Shown here one piece after another: positions 62,985 to 64,000 of a stretch of DNA of 64,000 nt. The first letter of the stretch is position 1. The number at the start of each line of letters is the position of its first letter. The DNA is taken from contig CAKPSB010000002.1 of the NCBI GenBank assembly GCA_934183155.1, positions 64,834 to 128,833 on the forward strand, in the 5' to 3' direction. The stretch comes from an uncultured Bacilli bacterium (GTDB lineage Bacteria > Bacillota_I > Bacilli_A > RF39 > UBA660). The position numbers were made by a program, and so were the translations under genes. The notes beneath the pieces are model-generated. The model was not told where the DNA came from, searched no databases, and saw nothing but the letters and a program-made list of their open reading frames with translations.

Positions 62985-63776
62985 ATGAACGATGATATAC
63001 AGAAATTAGATAAAAACAGTCTTTTAGAAATAAAAGAACATTATCGACTTTATAAATTTTATAAAAAAAGAGTAGATGAATTAGAAAATTGCTTAGCCGA
63101 TTGTCAAGCAAAAAAAAATAAGCAACTTGAGCTTAATTACGAAGGATGCAGTTTAAGCCGAAACATTGATCAATTAGACTATACATACGATAAAAGATTA
63201 CATCAAGTTAAAGGAAAATTTGATGATAATAAAAAAATATTATATCTTGCTATTGATAATAATGTTTTTGAAACAGCTCATTTAAATGATTATAAATATT
63301 ATGATATTTTGTTTAAAAGAACTTCAAAAAATTTGAAAAAGGGTATTTTTTCTTTATCCTTACTACTTTCATCAATAATTTTAGAATCATTTTTGAAACA
63401 GCCTTTGATCTACATTATGACCATAATTACAGCCGGTCTATCAATAAAAAACTTTTGTAGATATGTTGATGAAAAACCACAAGGTAACCAATTTTGCGGG
63501 AAATTATCTCAAAATCGTCTTAATAGATTTTCAAAACAATTAGAAAAAGATCTAGAAAAAGCCAAACAAGAAAGTTTAGAATTACATGAATGTAATACTA
63601 GTTTTCTTAATAAAAAAGAAGAAATTATATTTTCAATGATGGATTCTTATAAAAAGGGTATGAAAAGAGAACTTAAAATAATTGATGAAATTTTACCAAT
63701 TGATAACGTTGCTGAGGAAATTAATTCAAATGTTAAGAATAACCAATTTGTTAAAAAAAATAGCCTTTATAAATAA
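62985..63776 (+). CDS. hypothetical membrane protein (two TMs)
   Basis: ORF with AAAGGAAA RBS; followed by a terminator hairpin at 63790-63822. Confidence 0.45.
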   Translation: MNDDIQKLDKNSLLEIKEHYRLYKFYKKRVDELENCLADCQAKKNKQLELNYEGCSLSRNIDQLDYTYDKRLHQVKGKFDDNKKILYLAIDNNVFETAHLNDYKYYDILFKRTSKNLKKGIFSLSLLLSSIILESFLKQPLIYIMTIITAGLSIKNFCRYVDEKPQGNQFCGKLSQNRLNRFSKQLEKDLEKAKQESLELHECNTSFLNKKEEIIFSMMDSYKKGMKRELKIIDEILPIDNVAEEINSNVKNNQFVKKNSLYK

Positions 63777-63789
63777 TAAGGATAAACTA

Positions 63790-63822
63790 AAAACCTCGTT
63801 TTTTTTAAAACGGGGTTTTCAT
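63790..63822 (+). terminator. rho-independent terminator
   Basis: AAAACCTCGTTTT-ttttaaa-ACGGGGTTTT. Confidence 0.55.
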
Positions 63823-64000
63823 ATATTAAAAACAATAAAGAAAAAACCATTATTTATACTCATTAATAAAAAGGATTGCCTTATTTCAATCACAATCCTT
63901 AATACCTAACTTTTTTTAAACATATTAGAAAAACCAGATGAATTTTTATAAACAAAATATAAAGGAGAATTAGTTATCAATTCAAAATCGCCTATATATT

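Noticed and set aside
63682-63909. 75-aa plus-strand ORF overlapping the end of 62985-63776 and running through a terminator hairpin.
   Set aside because: It spans a rho-independent terminator and has no RBS; spurious.

Overview
Low-GC (~28-30% GC), standard-code chromosomal segment from a spore-forming Firmicute; cotE and spoVB are present and the gene order is Bacillus-like. The backbone is housekeeping: TasA-like secreted protein, polysaccharide deacetylase, phosphomannomutase, gpmA, czrA-like ArsR regulator with a P1B-ATPase, RNase J, miaB, cotE, mutL, nifS-like, rpsO-pnp, acyl-CoA ligase, a histidine-kinase-like protein, murD, mutS, murC, dnaB(Bsu)-dnaI, spoVB, relA-dtd, an AI-2E transporter, yidD and three tRNAs. 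Three accessory features stand out. (1) A ~9.7 kb integrative element with a large serine recombinase at its right end (10103-11677) is inserted inside a cell-wall amidase gene (Amidase_3 + 4 LysM) and splits it into 1765-2030 and 11731-12661. Both junctions share a GGTGC core, and crossover there would rejoin the gene in frame (…HINASG|AEVIYALRD…), a skin-like intervening-element arrangement. (2) The cargo of that element is a co-directional, translationally coupled cassette. It comprises a DUF4143 AAA ATPase, a single 702-aa methyltransferase fusing an M.EcoRI-family N6-adenine domain to a Dcm-type C5-cytosine domain, a 291-aa unknown protein, a 165-aa PD-(D/E)xK-fold protein and a 713-aa SMC/ABC-fold ATPase with a degenerate Walker A. 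This is a candidate undescribed restriction-modification-linked defence system. (3) Three tandem paralogues (20006-25051) fuse a type-IV-prepilin N-terminus to variable numbers of 26-aa BspA/DUF285 leucine-rich repeats; their 5′/3′ ends and spacers are near-identical. A compact Tad-like locus (tadE-tadE-tadZ-cpaF-tadB-tadC) with a divergent class-B sortase lies at 43560-49509. No CRISPR array or rRNA is present.
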